A stretch of 63,777 nt of DNA, the filler included, from Octopus bimaculoides (Eukaryota): the NCBI RefSeq assembly GCF_001194135.2. It is 7 parts of 7 records of this genome, joined end to end, with 100 filler letters (N's around TTAATTAATTAA, not from the genome) between each part and the next. Parts side by side here need not be neighbours in the genome. Positions count along the whole stretch, not along the records: positions 17,887 to 36,750 come from NC_068985.1; 6 more parts are not named here. One strand, 5' to 3'. Of the stretch, positions 23,701-34,349 are shown piece by piece. The notes below the pieces were generated by a model. That model had not been told where the DNA came from. It saw only the letters and a list, made by a program, of their open reading frames with translations, and ran no database searches. The number at the start of each line of letters is the position of its first letter. Positions within the stretch are counted from its first letter, which is position 1. The position numbers and the translations under genes are program-made.

Positions 23701-25276
23701 ATTTCTTTATTACCCATAAAGGGCTATACAAAGAATTTTAAGACATCACAAAACATAAAGGCAGTACAAAACGCAAACATAAAATCGGGGTAATTAATAT
23801 AAAATGATAATATGCAAGAATGAAAAAAATGAGGCGCAATGTCCACTCGATCCCCGAAGTCGGGTGGTTACATTTATCCAGTTTTTCACTTTTACTTAAA
23901 CATCATGTATACATTTTAACGGTTTTGCAACTCATAAAATTGAAATACTCGCGTTATATTTCTTCCATTAATCACTGTTACTTCCGTCTTTATCAACTGA
24001 AAATAATCAGTTCTAGGGGGTGGTGTCTCCACCAACCATACCCATTTCGTTCTTATATTTTCACCAAGTTCTCTTATGTATTCGCAGTAGTTTTCCTCAT
24101 GTATCAAAATGCATTTCTCAGCACATTTCTCTGACATTTTCACTCTTATTATTTCCTCCAACCTCTCGACTTTTTTCTCCATCTGCTCGTAATTCTCGTA
24201 CTTTATCAAAACCCCCTTGTATTTCACATCTTTATCCGTTCTCTCCTCCTCTTCTTGTACATTATTAGTTTCTGGCTTTTCTATCTCTTTTTTTCTTTTC
24301 TGTTGACCGTTCCTTTGACTTATTTTTCCTTCGCTTTTTAGGGTTAATAGCTGCATTTTCGTTCTTCTCCTTTGTTTTCTCTGTTATCACACTTCTGTCT
24401 CTCTTTCATTTCCTCAGTGTGGTCTACAATGTTTTCCTCCTCTGCTTGTGCTTTCTCTTGCTGTGGCTGTGTGAACTCATATAGGGGGCATTTGGTCTTC
24501 ATATGACCTCCTTCCCCGCATATGTAGCAATTTGGTTTCCTTCCCTCGACTACAACATTTAACGTTCTCTCATACTTCACTTCTATCTGGTAGGGAATTC
24601 TTTCTATGTCCTTGAATGTGGCAAAAAGTCACATTTCGAGTCCAAATCCCTACCATTTGCGTACTTTCGATTTCCTTGGTTGCAGCCAGCAATGTTGCAA
24701 CCAACCACTCTGGTTTAATTTCTGGTGTAACTCTGGGGATACATATTTTCACACTTCTTCTTCCTCTATAACTTGGTAGTAATGCTATTTTTTCACTTCT
24801 TAAAATGTTGGTAGCATGCATGGTTGCCTCTTCTATAGTGGCGAACCTCACCTCTTCCCTACCGAACTTGTTGATGCACGTGGCTTCATTGACAATTTCA
24901 CCCAGGCACTCCTCGATTTCCTCTTCTGTCACCATTTCAGTTTTACAGGTTTCGACATCCTGTGTACGATACACAACTCTCCTCAGGATTTGTATGAGTC
25001 TCCCTCATTCTATCAAATTCCTGCTTCTGGTCACCTCCTCCATATCCAACTTGATTAACTTGGTTTCCAGCGGCACTGGCTTCCTCACCGCAGTGGCCTT
25101 GGCGTAGCTCCCCATACTGGAGACACTACCACTTGCCATAGCTGGGAAAAGATGCAGCAGCTCGTGTGAAACGTAACCGTAATAATTACACAAAAATCAC
25201 AATTGTTTACCGAGGCAGTTTTCACAAAGTAACACAACAGTATTCACAATAATTCACAATAATTCACGGAGCCGTT
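23701..25276 (-). mobile_element. Non-autonomous retroposon encoding only an ORF1/gag-like protein
   Basis: Flanked by CGGTAT/CGGCAT (plus strand ATACCG 25277-25282 and ATGCCG 23695-23700). Its 3' end matches the host SINE tail at 27/34 nt (23701-23734 vs 23517-23550). No RT or endonuclease sequence within 1.58 kb. Confidence 0.75.
23916..25139 (-). pseudogene. ORF1/gag-like protein (~400 aa) with CCHC zinc knuckle; one internal stop and two frameshifts
   Basis: MASGSVSSMGSYAKATA... then LNVVVEGRKPNCYICGEGGHMKTKCP (C-x2-C-x4-H-x4-C at 24488-24529) and a K/E-rich C-terminal region. This resembles non-LTR retrotransposon ORF1 proteins. Confidence 0.7.
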
Positions 25277-26057
25277 ATACCGTGAAGCAGTTCGACCCGC
25301 GTGCTAACGTTTCTGACAGCTCGCCAACTTTCAGACAACTCTTGTTTTTCATGGTCCACTGACGCGGATTCTCGGTGCATGCTTTGCATACCATGTGTGG
25401 CGCCCAAGCTTTATCCTGGTCACAAAGTTTAATACCAAAAATAAGCATGGTAAGCATGTTTCATGAAACTTGTAACTAGATTCCTGCTAGTTACAATGGT
25501 GTATTCACCACAGATGTAACAGAATACGTTGGGATTACATGTGCAAGATCTGGTCGAAGCCATTTCATTCACCTGTAAAATAAGTTCGTTTACTTCAAGA
25601 AATATAAAAAGAATTTTGCTTCATATAAAGCAAAAATACCCGTACATGTAAACAAAAACAAAAAAATAACATGTGGCCATAGTTCAAAAACTTGAGCTGA
25701 TTGAGCAAAACTAATGTGATTTTTGGATTTAGCACATCAGAATTGTTCTAAATCAGCTAAAAGAATTTAGACAATAACTTTGTTGTTGGCGAGTGTAATT
25801 CATGCGATCAAATATAAGGGCACGTAGTCTGCGGGTCGTAGTGGGTACAGTTGTTGATATATTATAATTATATATTGCAGTTTTTCACGTACAATAAAGA
25901 ATTCTGCAATGAGAACGCATCTTGGTCCCATGCAAAACAACTAAAACACAATCTATAACTGTCAGAAAGTAAGGATGGAGAGGGAAGAACTACCTCCCAG
26001 TGAATTTACGAAAATATCGGTAACTGAGACTTACACCAATGTATAACTACATCAAGA

Positions 26058-26144
<87 letters not shown>

Positions 26145-26900
26145 NNNNNNNNNNNNNNNNNNNNNNNNNNNNNNNNNNNNNNNNNNNNNNNNNNNNNNNN
26201 NNNNNNNNNNNNNNNNNNNNNNNNNNNNNNNNNNNNNNNNNNNNNNNNNNNNNNNNNNNNNNNNNNNNNNNNNNNNNNNNNNNNNNNNNNNNNNNNNNNN
26301 NNNNNNNNNNNNNNNNNNNNNNNNNNNNNNNNNNNNNNNNNNNNNNNNNNNNNNNNNNNNNNNNNNNNNNNNNNNNNNNNNNNNNNNNNNNNNNNNNNNN
26401 NNNNNNNNNNNNNNNNNNNNNNNNNNNNNNNNNNNNNNNNNNNNNNNNNNNNNNNNNNNNNNNNNNNNNNNNNNNNNNNNNNNNNNNNNNNNNNNNNNNN
26501 NNNNNNNNNNNNNNNNNNNNNNNNNNNNNNNNNNNNNNNNNNNNNNNNNNNNNNNNNNNNNNNNNNNNNNNNNNNNNNNNNNNNNNNNNNNNNNNNNNNN
26601 NNNNNNNNNNNNNNNNNNNNNNNNNNNNNNNNNNNNNNNNNNNNNNNNNNNNNNNNNNNNNNNNNNNNNNNNNNNNNNNNNNNNNNNNNNNNNNNNNNNN
26701 NNNNNNNNNNNNNNNNNNNNNNNNNNNNNNNNNNNNNNNNNNNNNNNNNNNNNNNNNNNNNNNNNNNNNNNNNNNNNNNNNNNNNNNNNNNNNNNNNNNN
26801 NNNNNNNNNNNNNNNNNNNNNNNNNNNNNNNNNNNNNNNNNNNNNNNNNNNNNNNNNNNNNNNNNNNNNNNNNNNNNNNNNNNNNNNNNNNNNNNNNNNN

Positions 26901-26932
<32 letters not shown>

Positions 26933-27911
26933 TATATATGTGTATTTATATATGTGTGTGTGTGTATATGCTTATATTTATATAGACATATTTATACAGA
27001 GACATGCATACACATTTATATGTCCGTACAAGCATACATATGTTTGTACAACGAGACCGCACGTTTGTACTTGTGTGTATATGTGTATGTGTATGTGTGC
27101 GGGCGCGCTCGTGCATTACCCTCTGTATATCGGTTTGTTTCACCAAGATGTGCGAAATTATTATAGTGGAATAGTCCAGTCCATGTATAATTAATAACTA
27201 AATTGATTTGATTTTAAAATTGGTTCCTTTACAGACACCTATAACTTCCATTTCAATATCTCCCTATAGTAAATCAATAATGTAATTTTGCAGCCTAATT
27301 GCTTTAGAAACCATTACATGATAATCACACTCAACAGAATTATGTTTGAATTGCGGGTAGTGGTTTGCTGTCTGCACGATACTGTGTGTATTTGTAGAAT
27401 TTTTTTGTTCAGCAAGCGTTAGAAATATTGCGTATAGATGTTGCTACTTTCCACAAGGCATCAAAGGCGTGAATTCATAGTCACACACACACACACACAC
27501 GCATACACACACACACTCACACACATATATATATATATACACACATATATATACACACATACACGCACGTGTATAAATATACATATAAAATAACGAAGGT
27601 GCCTATAACCGATATAAAACCGGAAAGGAAGAACTCATTGTCACTAATTGTGACTGACGGCGCAGTGTCGCACCTACATTTCTAAAAATAACTGGTAAAT
27701 CCCCTCTTAACCGCAACGAAGCACAATTTTTGTATTGAGCGGGGAGCCAAGCGCCACACAGCAAGAAAAATTATCATACTAAAATTGTAGTTTATCCATA
27801 TGAATCAACGGATCATGTAGAATATTATGTAATAACAAAGGCAGCTATAAGCAATAATAGGACACGAGAAACTGACTCCAGGACTCAACCAGTACTTATT
27901 TTACCGAACCC

Positions 27912-28630
27912 TATATATATAGGGAAGAATTCACAAAAACAAAAACAAAAGTCGAAGATAGGTGGTGTAGAAAACAATTAGATGCATATGTATAACGATC
28001 AGGAAGTGAAAAAGTCTTTAACGTTTCGAGCGACGCTCTTCCACGGAAAGGAACAAAGAAAGAAACAAGGAGAGAAACACGAAAAAGGAGAGAAAAACAA
28101 TGTGTTGTGGCTAGCGATCTATCATATATATATAGACATATATATATAAGCATACGTACGCCACAACACTACACCACACACCACCACATCACAAACCACC
28201 ACAACACACACCTGCACACCTGCTCACCACCATACCATACCACACCACATCACACCAACCCGCACATACTAGCACTGACCACTTCCCAGCACCTACAACA
28301 TCATCCACACACCTACACATGCACACACGCACATGTCAATGTCACCAGCCCCCTTCCACAGGCACATACACGCTCTCACATACGTATGCACGCGCACCAT
28401 CATCTTGGGATCACCAGTAACTTATTAACTCCCCTTCTTCCTAGCTCTCCTCTGTCCGTCATTCGCCATGATAGATCTTCAGCGACTAAACCTTTTTTCC
28501 ATTTTCTCGCCCTGTTTATTTTGTGTTCCTTTCTCTCGAGGAGCGAAGGTTTGAAACGTAAAATATATATTTATAATCTTTCTTTATTATACGTTGTACT
28601 TAAACACCTCCATTTCCTTGTTTAGTTCTT
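27912..28630. mobile_element. Divergent inverted pair of Penelope-type pseudo-LTRs with hammerhead-like motifs
   Basis: Both arms start ATGATAGATC (28120 leftward, ~28468 rightward) and contain GTTCCTTTC....GA.GAGCG..G...GAAACGT.AA. A CA-rich spacer lies between them. Confidence 0.65.
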
Positions 28631-29346
28631 TATAGTAAATAACGGGAATTTTTTCAGCTGTTTGAAAGCTCTGGTACGTAATATGCCTGTATGGAGGAGT
28701 TGTGAATTAAAACATTTCAAAATATGCCATAATACTCACTATGTAGGCTGAATATCATTATCCAACTGACTATATACATATAAATATACAGAATACTTTA
28801 ATCAGTGTCTTCAGTAGAATTCCTACTGATCAATCATTCTTCATGTAATATCTTTGGGGGAAAATGTGGGTGTATTAAGCTAACTATCCCTAGCTATAGG
28901 TACAGATCTACGTAATATGAAAACAGCCATGGTTTCTTCTGGTTACTTTCATGTTCATATTTTATTTAGTCTATTGAATGAAGTGTGAAAAGAAAAAATG
29001 GTTCACTCGGAACACAATTCAATAGTTTCAGAATATGTGCATTTTGGTATTATTTTTTAATGGTGTTAAAAGTCTATTCTTGTTTCAGACTGTGAGACTA
29101 ATTTGCCTGAATAAGCCATTTAGAAAAGAAATATGACCAGAGAATGACATTCAACAGAGATCACATTACGAGTTGAACTCAAACGCCATCGTCTATGCTT
29201 TGTTCCATTTTACAGTTGATAAATTATATACTAGTGAAGTACTGGAGTACCACTGAAGTTAATTTCTCTTTTCAATATGGCAATCGTTAATAATTTGTTG
29301 GTATTTACCTGAGTTTCAAGCTATCATCATTATCGTAATCATCGTC

Positions 29347-29347
29347 A

Positions 29348-29410
<63 letters not shown>

Positions 29411-29418
29411 TTATTATT
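29347..29418. repeat. (ATT)n/(TAA)n microsatellite at the 3' junction of Dong/R4 copy 1
   Basis: Directly visible. Confidence 0.95.
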
Positions 29419-32400
29419 GTTCAGTAGCTTTATTTTTTATAACGTGCTTTCATTTCACTACCGAGCGCAGCTCTGTGCGCCTTGGGTATGTGCTGTGGTT
29501 TGCTGTGGTGCTCTTATGGTTACTGTATTGAAAGTGTTTTGCGTAGGATGTGTGCTGTGCCCAGTAGTGCAATTTTCTGTATGTTACATATATTTGTAAG
29601 TACTGGTGTTTTTGTTATGTATGTGTCTGAATATTTTTTTATTATACCTAAAGCACCTATTATAATANNNNNNNNNNNNNNNNNNNNNNNNNNNNNNNNN
29701 NNNNNNNNNNNNNNNNNNNNNNNNNNNNNNNNNNNNNNNNNNNNNNNNNNNNNNNNNNNNNNNNNNNNNNNNNNNNNNNNNNNNNNNNNNNNNNNNNNNN
29801 NNNNNNNNNNNNNNNNNNNNNNNNNNNNNNNNNNNNNNNNNNNNNNNNNNNNNNNNNNNNNNNNNNNNNNNNNNNNNNNNNNNNNNNNNNNNNNNNNNNN
29901 NNNNNNNNNNNNNNNNNNNNNNNNNNNNNNNNNNNNNNNNNNNNNNNNNNNNNNNNNNNNNNNNNNNNNNNNNNNNNNNNNNNNNNNNNNNNNNNNNNNN
30001 NNNNNNNNNNNNNNNNNNNNNNNNNNNNNNNNNNNNNNNNNNNNNNNNNNNNNNNNNNNNNNNNNNNNNNNNNNNNNNNNNNNNNNNNNNNNNNNNNNNN
30101 NNNNNNNNNNNNNNNNNNNNNNNNNNNNNNNNNNNNNNNNNNNNNNNNNNNNNNNNNNNNNNNNNNNNNNNNNNNNNNNNNNNNNNNNNNNNNNNNNNNN
30201 NNNNNNNNNNNNNNNNNNNNNNNNNNNNNNNNNNNNNNNNNNNNNNNNNNNNNNNNNNNNNNNNNNNNNNNNNNNNNNNNNNNNNNNNNNNNNNNNNNNN
30301 NNNNNNNNNNNNNNNNNNNNNNNNNNNNNNNNNNNNNNNNNNNNNNNNNNNNNNNNNNNNNNNNNNNNNNNNNNNNNNNNNNNNNNNNNNNNNNNNNNNN
30401 NNNNNNNNNNNNNNNNNNNNNNNNNNNNNNNNNNNNNNNNNNNNNNNNNNNNNNNNNNNNNNNNNNNNNNNNNNNNNNNNNNNNNNNNNNNNNNNNNTCT
30501 TCTTCTTCTTCTTCTTCTTCTTCTTCTTCTTCTTCTTCTTCTTCTTCTTCTTCTTCTTCTTCTTCGTATTTATTAGGTAGTATGATTTCTTGTTTGTATT
30601 TGTCAGCTTCCTTAAATACTGAAAACAGTTTTTTGTTTTGCTCGTGTTTTGTGGCTATATGTATTAGTTTTCCTTGCTTTTGAAGTAGGTATTTTTGCAG
30701 TACTATGGTGGTTATTTTATAGTTTTCCAGCTGTACAAGACCCCTACCAACTTCTGTACGTTGTATATATAGCCTTTCCATGTCAGATTTTGGGTGGTGC
30801 ATCCTATGTCCTGTCATTATTTTTCTTGTTCTCCTGTCTATTTTAGGTAGTTCGTTTAGTGTCCAGTTAATGATATTGTAGCTGTAAGTTATAACTGGGA
30901 CGGCTAAAGTGTTAATACCTATTATCTTGTTTTTAGCATTGAGCTCTGTTTTTAATATTGATCTGACTCGTCTATAGTATTCTTTCTTTATTTTCTCTTT
31001 GATTTGTGTGTGTTGTATCCTATCTAGTTCATTGATTCCTAAATATTTGTATGGGTGGCGTTGGTCTAATTTTCTTATTTCATTGGCTTTATCTAGTGTG
31101 ATGTTGCTACTCTTAATTAATTTCCTCTTTTCAAGGTTGCTTTGGCACATTATTCTAATCCAAATTTCATATCTATTTCTTTGGTAAATCCATGTATTTT
31201 CTGTAGTAGTGTTTCCAGCGCTTTATCATATATAGCGTATAATTTTAGGTCATCCATATGTAAAAGGTGGCTGATTGGTTTGCCGTAACATTTGTATCCG
31301 CATCGAGTTCTATTTAGCAAGTCAGTTAAAGGTGTGAGTGCCAAGCAGAACAGGAGTGCAGAGAGTTTGTCTCCCTAGAATATTCCTCTTCTAATGGGGA
31401 TGGCTTTCGTTTTCACGAGTCCCTCTTTTCTTTGAAGCTGTAGCACTGTCTGCCATTTATTCATAGAGTGTCTTATGTATTTTATAATTATTGGTGCCAC
31501 CTTGTTTATGACTAGTGTTTCGAGGATCCACTTGTGAGGAACGTTGTCAAAAGCCTTTCGGTAGTTGATCCATGCCATACTTAAGCCTTTCTTCTTTCTG
31601 CGGCTGTCTTCAGTTATGGCTTTATTGATCATTAATTGATCTTTACAGCCGTATGAGCCCTTGCAGCATCCCTTCTCCTCTTCTGGAAACAGGTTGTTAT
31701 TTTCCAGGTGCTGACTCAATCTCCGCGATATTATTGCAGTAAAGGCTTTGTAGATTGTAGGGAGACAGGTTATAGGTCTGTCGTTTTGTGGTTATTCCGT
31801 TTCCCTGGATTTGGAATTAAGATGGTTTTCCCTTTCGTAAGCCATTCAGGCATTGTCTCTGGCTCTGCTAGTATGTTGTTAAAGTTTTCAGCCAGGTTTT
31901 TGTGCATTCTTCTCAGATATTTTAACCAGAATTTGGGGATCTTGTCGTGCCCAGGTGCCCTCCAGTTGCTGAGTCTCTTCAGTGCCTGGGTGACCTCTTC
32001 AGTTGTCATTGGAGTTCAGAGTTGTTCAGGTGCTAAGTTCATTGTTTTAATAGTCCTTTTCTGAGGTTGTTGCTTCACCGACCATAATTCTTTCCAAAAT
32101 TCTTCCACTTCTGCTGTTGGTGCTGCAGTAATGTCTATTTTATTTTTTACCAAGGTCTGGTAGAATTTGGGGGGTTGGATTTGAACTGCTTGTTTTGTTC
32201 AAAGAAACGTTGCCGTTTCTCATACCGGCGGATCCTTTGTGCTTTGGCAAGGATATCCTACTTGAGCTTTTCTTTTACCTCAGGTAAATCGTTTTCTGCA
32301 ATGTTGTATTTGTACAGTATTTTTGTTTTCTTCTTATTACTTAATTGTACTGTTTGTCTACTAATTTCGTTGAGAATCGATAAAACGTTTCTCTTTTTTA

Positions 32401-32560
32401 AATTTTGTTTGGATATTATTTATCCACAAGGTTTGTTTGGGTGGTGAAACTCCTGCTTGGATGGGTTTGATGGAATATCCTGCTTCTTTTGTGGCTGCAG
32501 TGGGTGCTGCATATATTATGTCATTTAGCTCAGTGATATTGCCAATTGTTTCTGTGGCTA
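29419..32560 (-). mobile_element. Dong/R4-clade (RLE) non-LTR retrotransposon, 5'-truncated copy 1 (contains a gap)
   Basis: RT motifs INYRKAFDNVPH, LLHMDDLKLYA, KFGLE; HHPKSDMERLYIQRTEVGRGL; C-terminal IIGALGII...IQKIALLGTAHILRKTL. Bounded by (TAA)n at both ends. Confidence 0.9.
30499..30566. repeat. (GAA)n tract inside the Dong/R4 ORF (in-frame poly-Glu)
   Basis: ...ILPNKY followed by EEEEE... up to the gap. Confidence 0.9.
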
Positions 32561-32597
32561 TTATTATTATTATCATCATCATTATTATTATTATTAC

Positions 32598-32670
<73 letters not shown>

Positions 32671-32672
32671 TT

Positions 32673-33768
32673 ATGTTTGACTTTTGTTTTGCATTTGTAC
32701 AAGTTGGATCCAAGTCTCACCCAGAGACCTCAAGAGACAACAANNNNNNNNNNNNNNNNNNNNNNNNNNNNNNNNNNNNNNNNNNNNNNNNNNNNNNNNN
32801 NNNNNNNNNNNNNNNNNNNNNNNNNNNNNNNNNNNNNNNNNNNNNNNNNNNNNNNNNNNNNNNNNNNNNNNNNNNNNNNNNNNNNNNNNNNNNNNNNNNN
32901 NNNNNNNNNNNNNNNNNNNNNNNNNNNNNNNNNNNNNNNNNNNNNNNNNNNNNNNNNNNNNNNNNNNNNNNNNNNNNNNNNNNNNNNNNNNNNNNNNNNN
33001 NNNNNNNNNNNNNNNNNNNNNNNNNNNNNNNNNNNNNNNNNNNNNNNNNNNNNNNNNNNNNNNNNNNNNNNNNNNNNNNNNNNNNNNNNNNNNNNNNNNN
33101 NNNNNNNNNNNNNNNNNNNNNNNNNNNNNNNNNNNNNNNNNNNNNNNNNNNNNNNNNNNNNNNNNNNNNNNNNNNNNNNNNNNNNNNNNNNNNNNNNNNN
33201 NNNNNNNNNNNNNNNNNNNNNNNNNNNNNNNNNNNNNNNNNNNNNNNNNNNNNNNNNNNNNNNNNNNNNNNNNNNNNNNNNNNNNNNNNNNNNNNNNNNN
33301 NNNNNNNNNNNNNNNNNNNNNNNNNNNNNNNNNNNNNNNNNNNNNNNNNNNNNNNNNNNNNNNNNNNNNNNNNNNNNNNNNNNNNNNNNNNNNNNNNNNN
33401 NNNNNNNNNNNNNNNNNNNNNNNNNNNNNNNNNNNNNNNNNNNNNNNNNNNNNNNNNNNNNNNNNNNNNNNNNNNNNNNNNNNNNNNNNNNNNNNNNNNN
33501 NNNNNNNTCTTTGTAGGTAGGCATTGATCTTGGGCTGCTATGATAAACCCCTCTGTTTCTGATTTCAAGCCAGAGGCCATTAACCATTGGTGGGTAAGGG
33601 CTTTGTCAATATCTGCATCATTCGCTCTCTTTGAGTATTTGCCATTGAGAGGTTTTCCATGCCATTTTTCAGTCATAATATCTAAGGCAGCAATTTTTGC
33701 ACGGGTTTTCAAGCGCTTAGCTTTTTCTGCAGATGTTTCTAGTTCGTCTAATTCTTGAATTTGTTGCA

Positions 33769-33770
<2 letters not shown>
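32673..33770 (-). mobile_element. Dong/R4-clade element, short 5'-truncated copy 2 (different 3' UTR; mostly gap)
   Basis: EKWHGKPLNGKY...WLMASGLKSETEGFIIAAQDQCLPTK precedes the CCHC/RLE region. 3' end ...GATCCAACTTGTACAAATGCAAAACAAAAGTCAAAC runs into (TAA)n at 32559-32672; 5' end abuts (TAA)n at 33771-33808. Confidence 0.75.
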
Positions 33771-33808
<38 letters not shown>

Positions 33809-34349
33809 TTTAAAAAGATTGACGTAACTCTTCACAAAGGTAAACACTTAAGACGAAAAGCGCGATTCGATTGTAATTGATATATTATTGCTTGAAAGAT
33901 ATTTCAACGGCATCTCTGTCCTTGTCTAATTTTATCTATTTTATCCTCATATATTGGGATTTCAGTTTTGACCGAATAATACGATGTGGATGATCGGATC
34001 GGTGGTGGAGATAAATGTGGGATAGCCAGTGCTTGCAAAATAACTCTGTCACTATTCTACCTCCAGAAAAGATAACTTCAAAATTGAACGCTAGTTTTTG
34101 AAAAACTATACTTCAATTTTGTGCTGGACGTAATACCGTAACTTTTAGCATAACATCACAGAAATGCAAATTTACAGTCACAGAAATGCACAGAAACGCA
34201 AAAAGTCCATTAAACTCTCCTGTGATCCTTCCCACAACAAAAAGACCTCATCAATGAACCGTAACCAGAGTAATGGTCCATGACCATGAAGGGACTTGGA
34301 TGTCTTCAGTAACTGTGTCTCGAAATTCGTCATGAAAACATTAGCGAAA

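Larger units (their letters stand above)
23514..25329 (-). mobile_element. Nin/Deu-domain SINE (head 25283-25329, body and tail 23514-23694) split by an insertion; tail type T4
   Basis: Exact 14-bp TSD TTCAGACAACTCTT at 23500-23513 and 25330-25343. Head GGCGAGCTGTCAGAAACGTTAGCACGC; core GGTCGACTTTGCCTTTCATC..TCGGGGTCGATAAATTAAGTACCAG. Confidence 0.9.
22200..25563 (-). pseudogene. Chapaev3-like transposase pseudogene (split by the 23514-25329 insertion; frameshifts and stops)
   Basis: ATG at 25563 just after a ttttacag acceptor. The frame ...W-TMKNKSCLK|SRIPM... is rejoined across the SINE TSD. C-terminal DVVMMADF near 22205-22230. Confidence 0.8.
21639..25795 (-). mobile_element. Chapaev3-type (CMC superfamily) DNA transposon, decayed, with nested insertions
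   Basis: TAA|CACTG... left and ...GAGTG|TAA right (3-bp TAA TSD at 21636-21638 and 25796-25798); imperfect subterminal IR ATGT.ATTTT.GGATT.AGC. Transposase pieces MASTRSCTCNPNVFCYICGE...DQDKAWAPHMVCKAC, EINDLVRGLGLSKSSTELLASRLK and ILFPPLHIKLSLIKQFTKAL. A sequence gap at 21776-21908 lies inside the left end. Confidence 0.8.

Noticed and set aside
26039-27194. Long ORFs of 200-500 aa spanning N runs (also 2595-3324, 29482-30576, 32437-33527, 49749-50586, 55905-57004, 62242-63236)
   Set aside because: Their length comes from unsequenced gaps translated as X.
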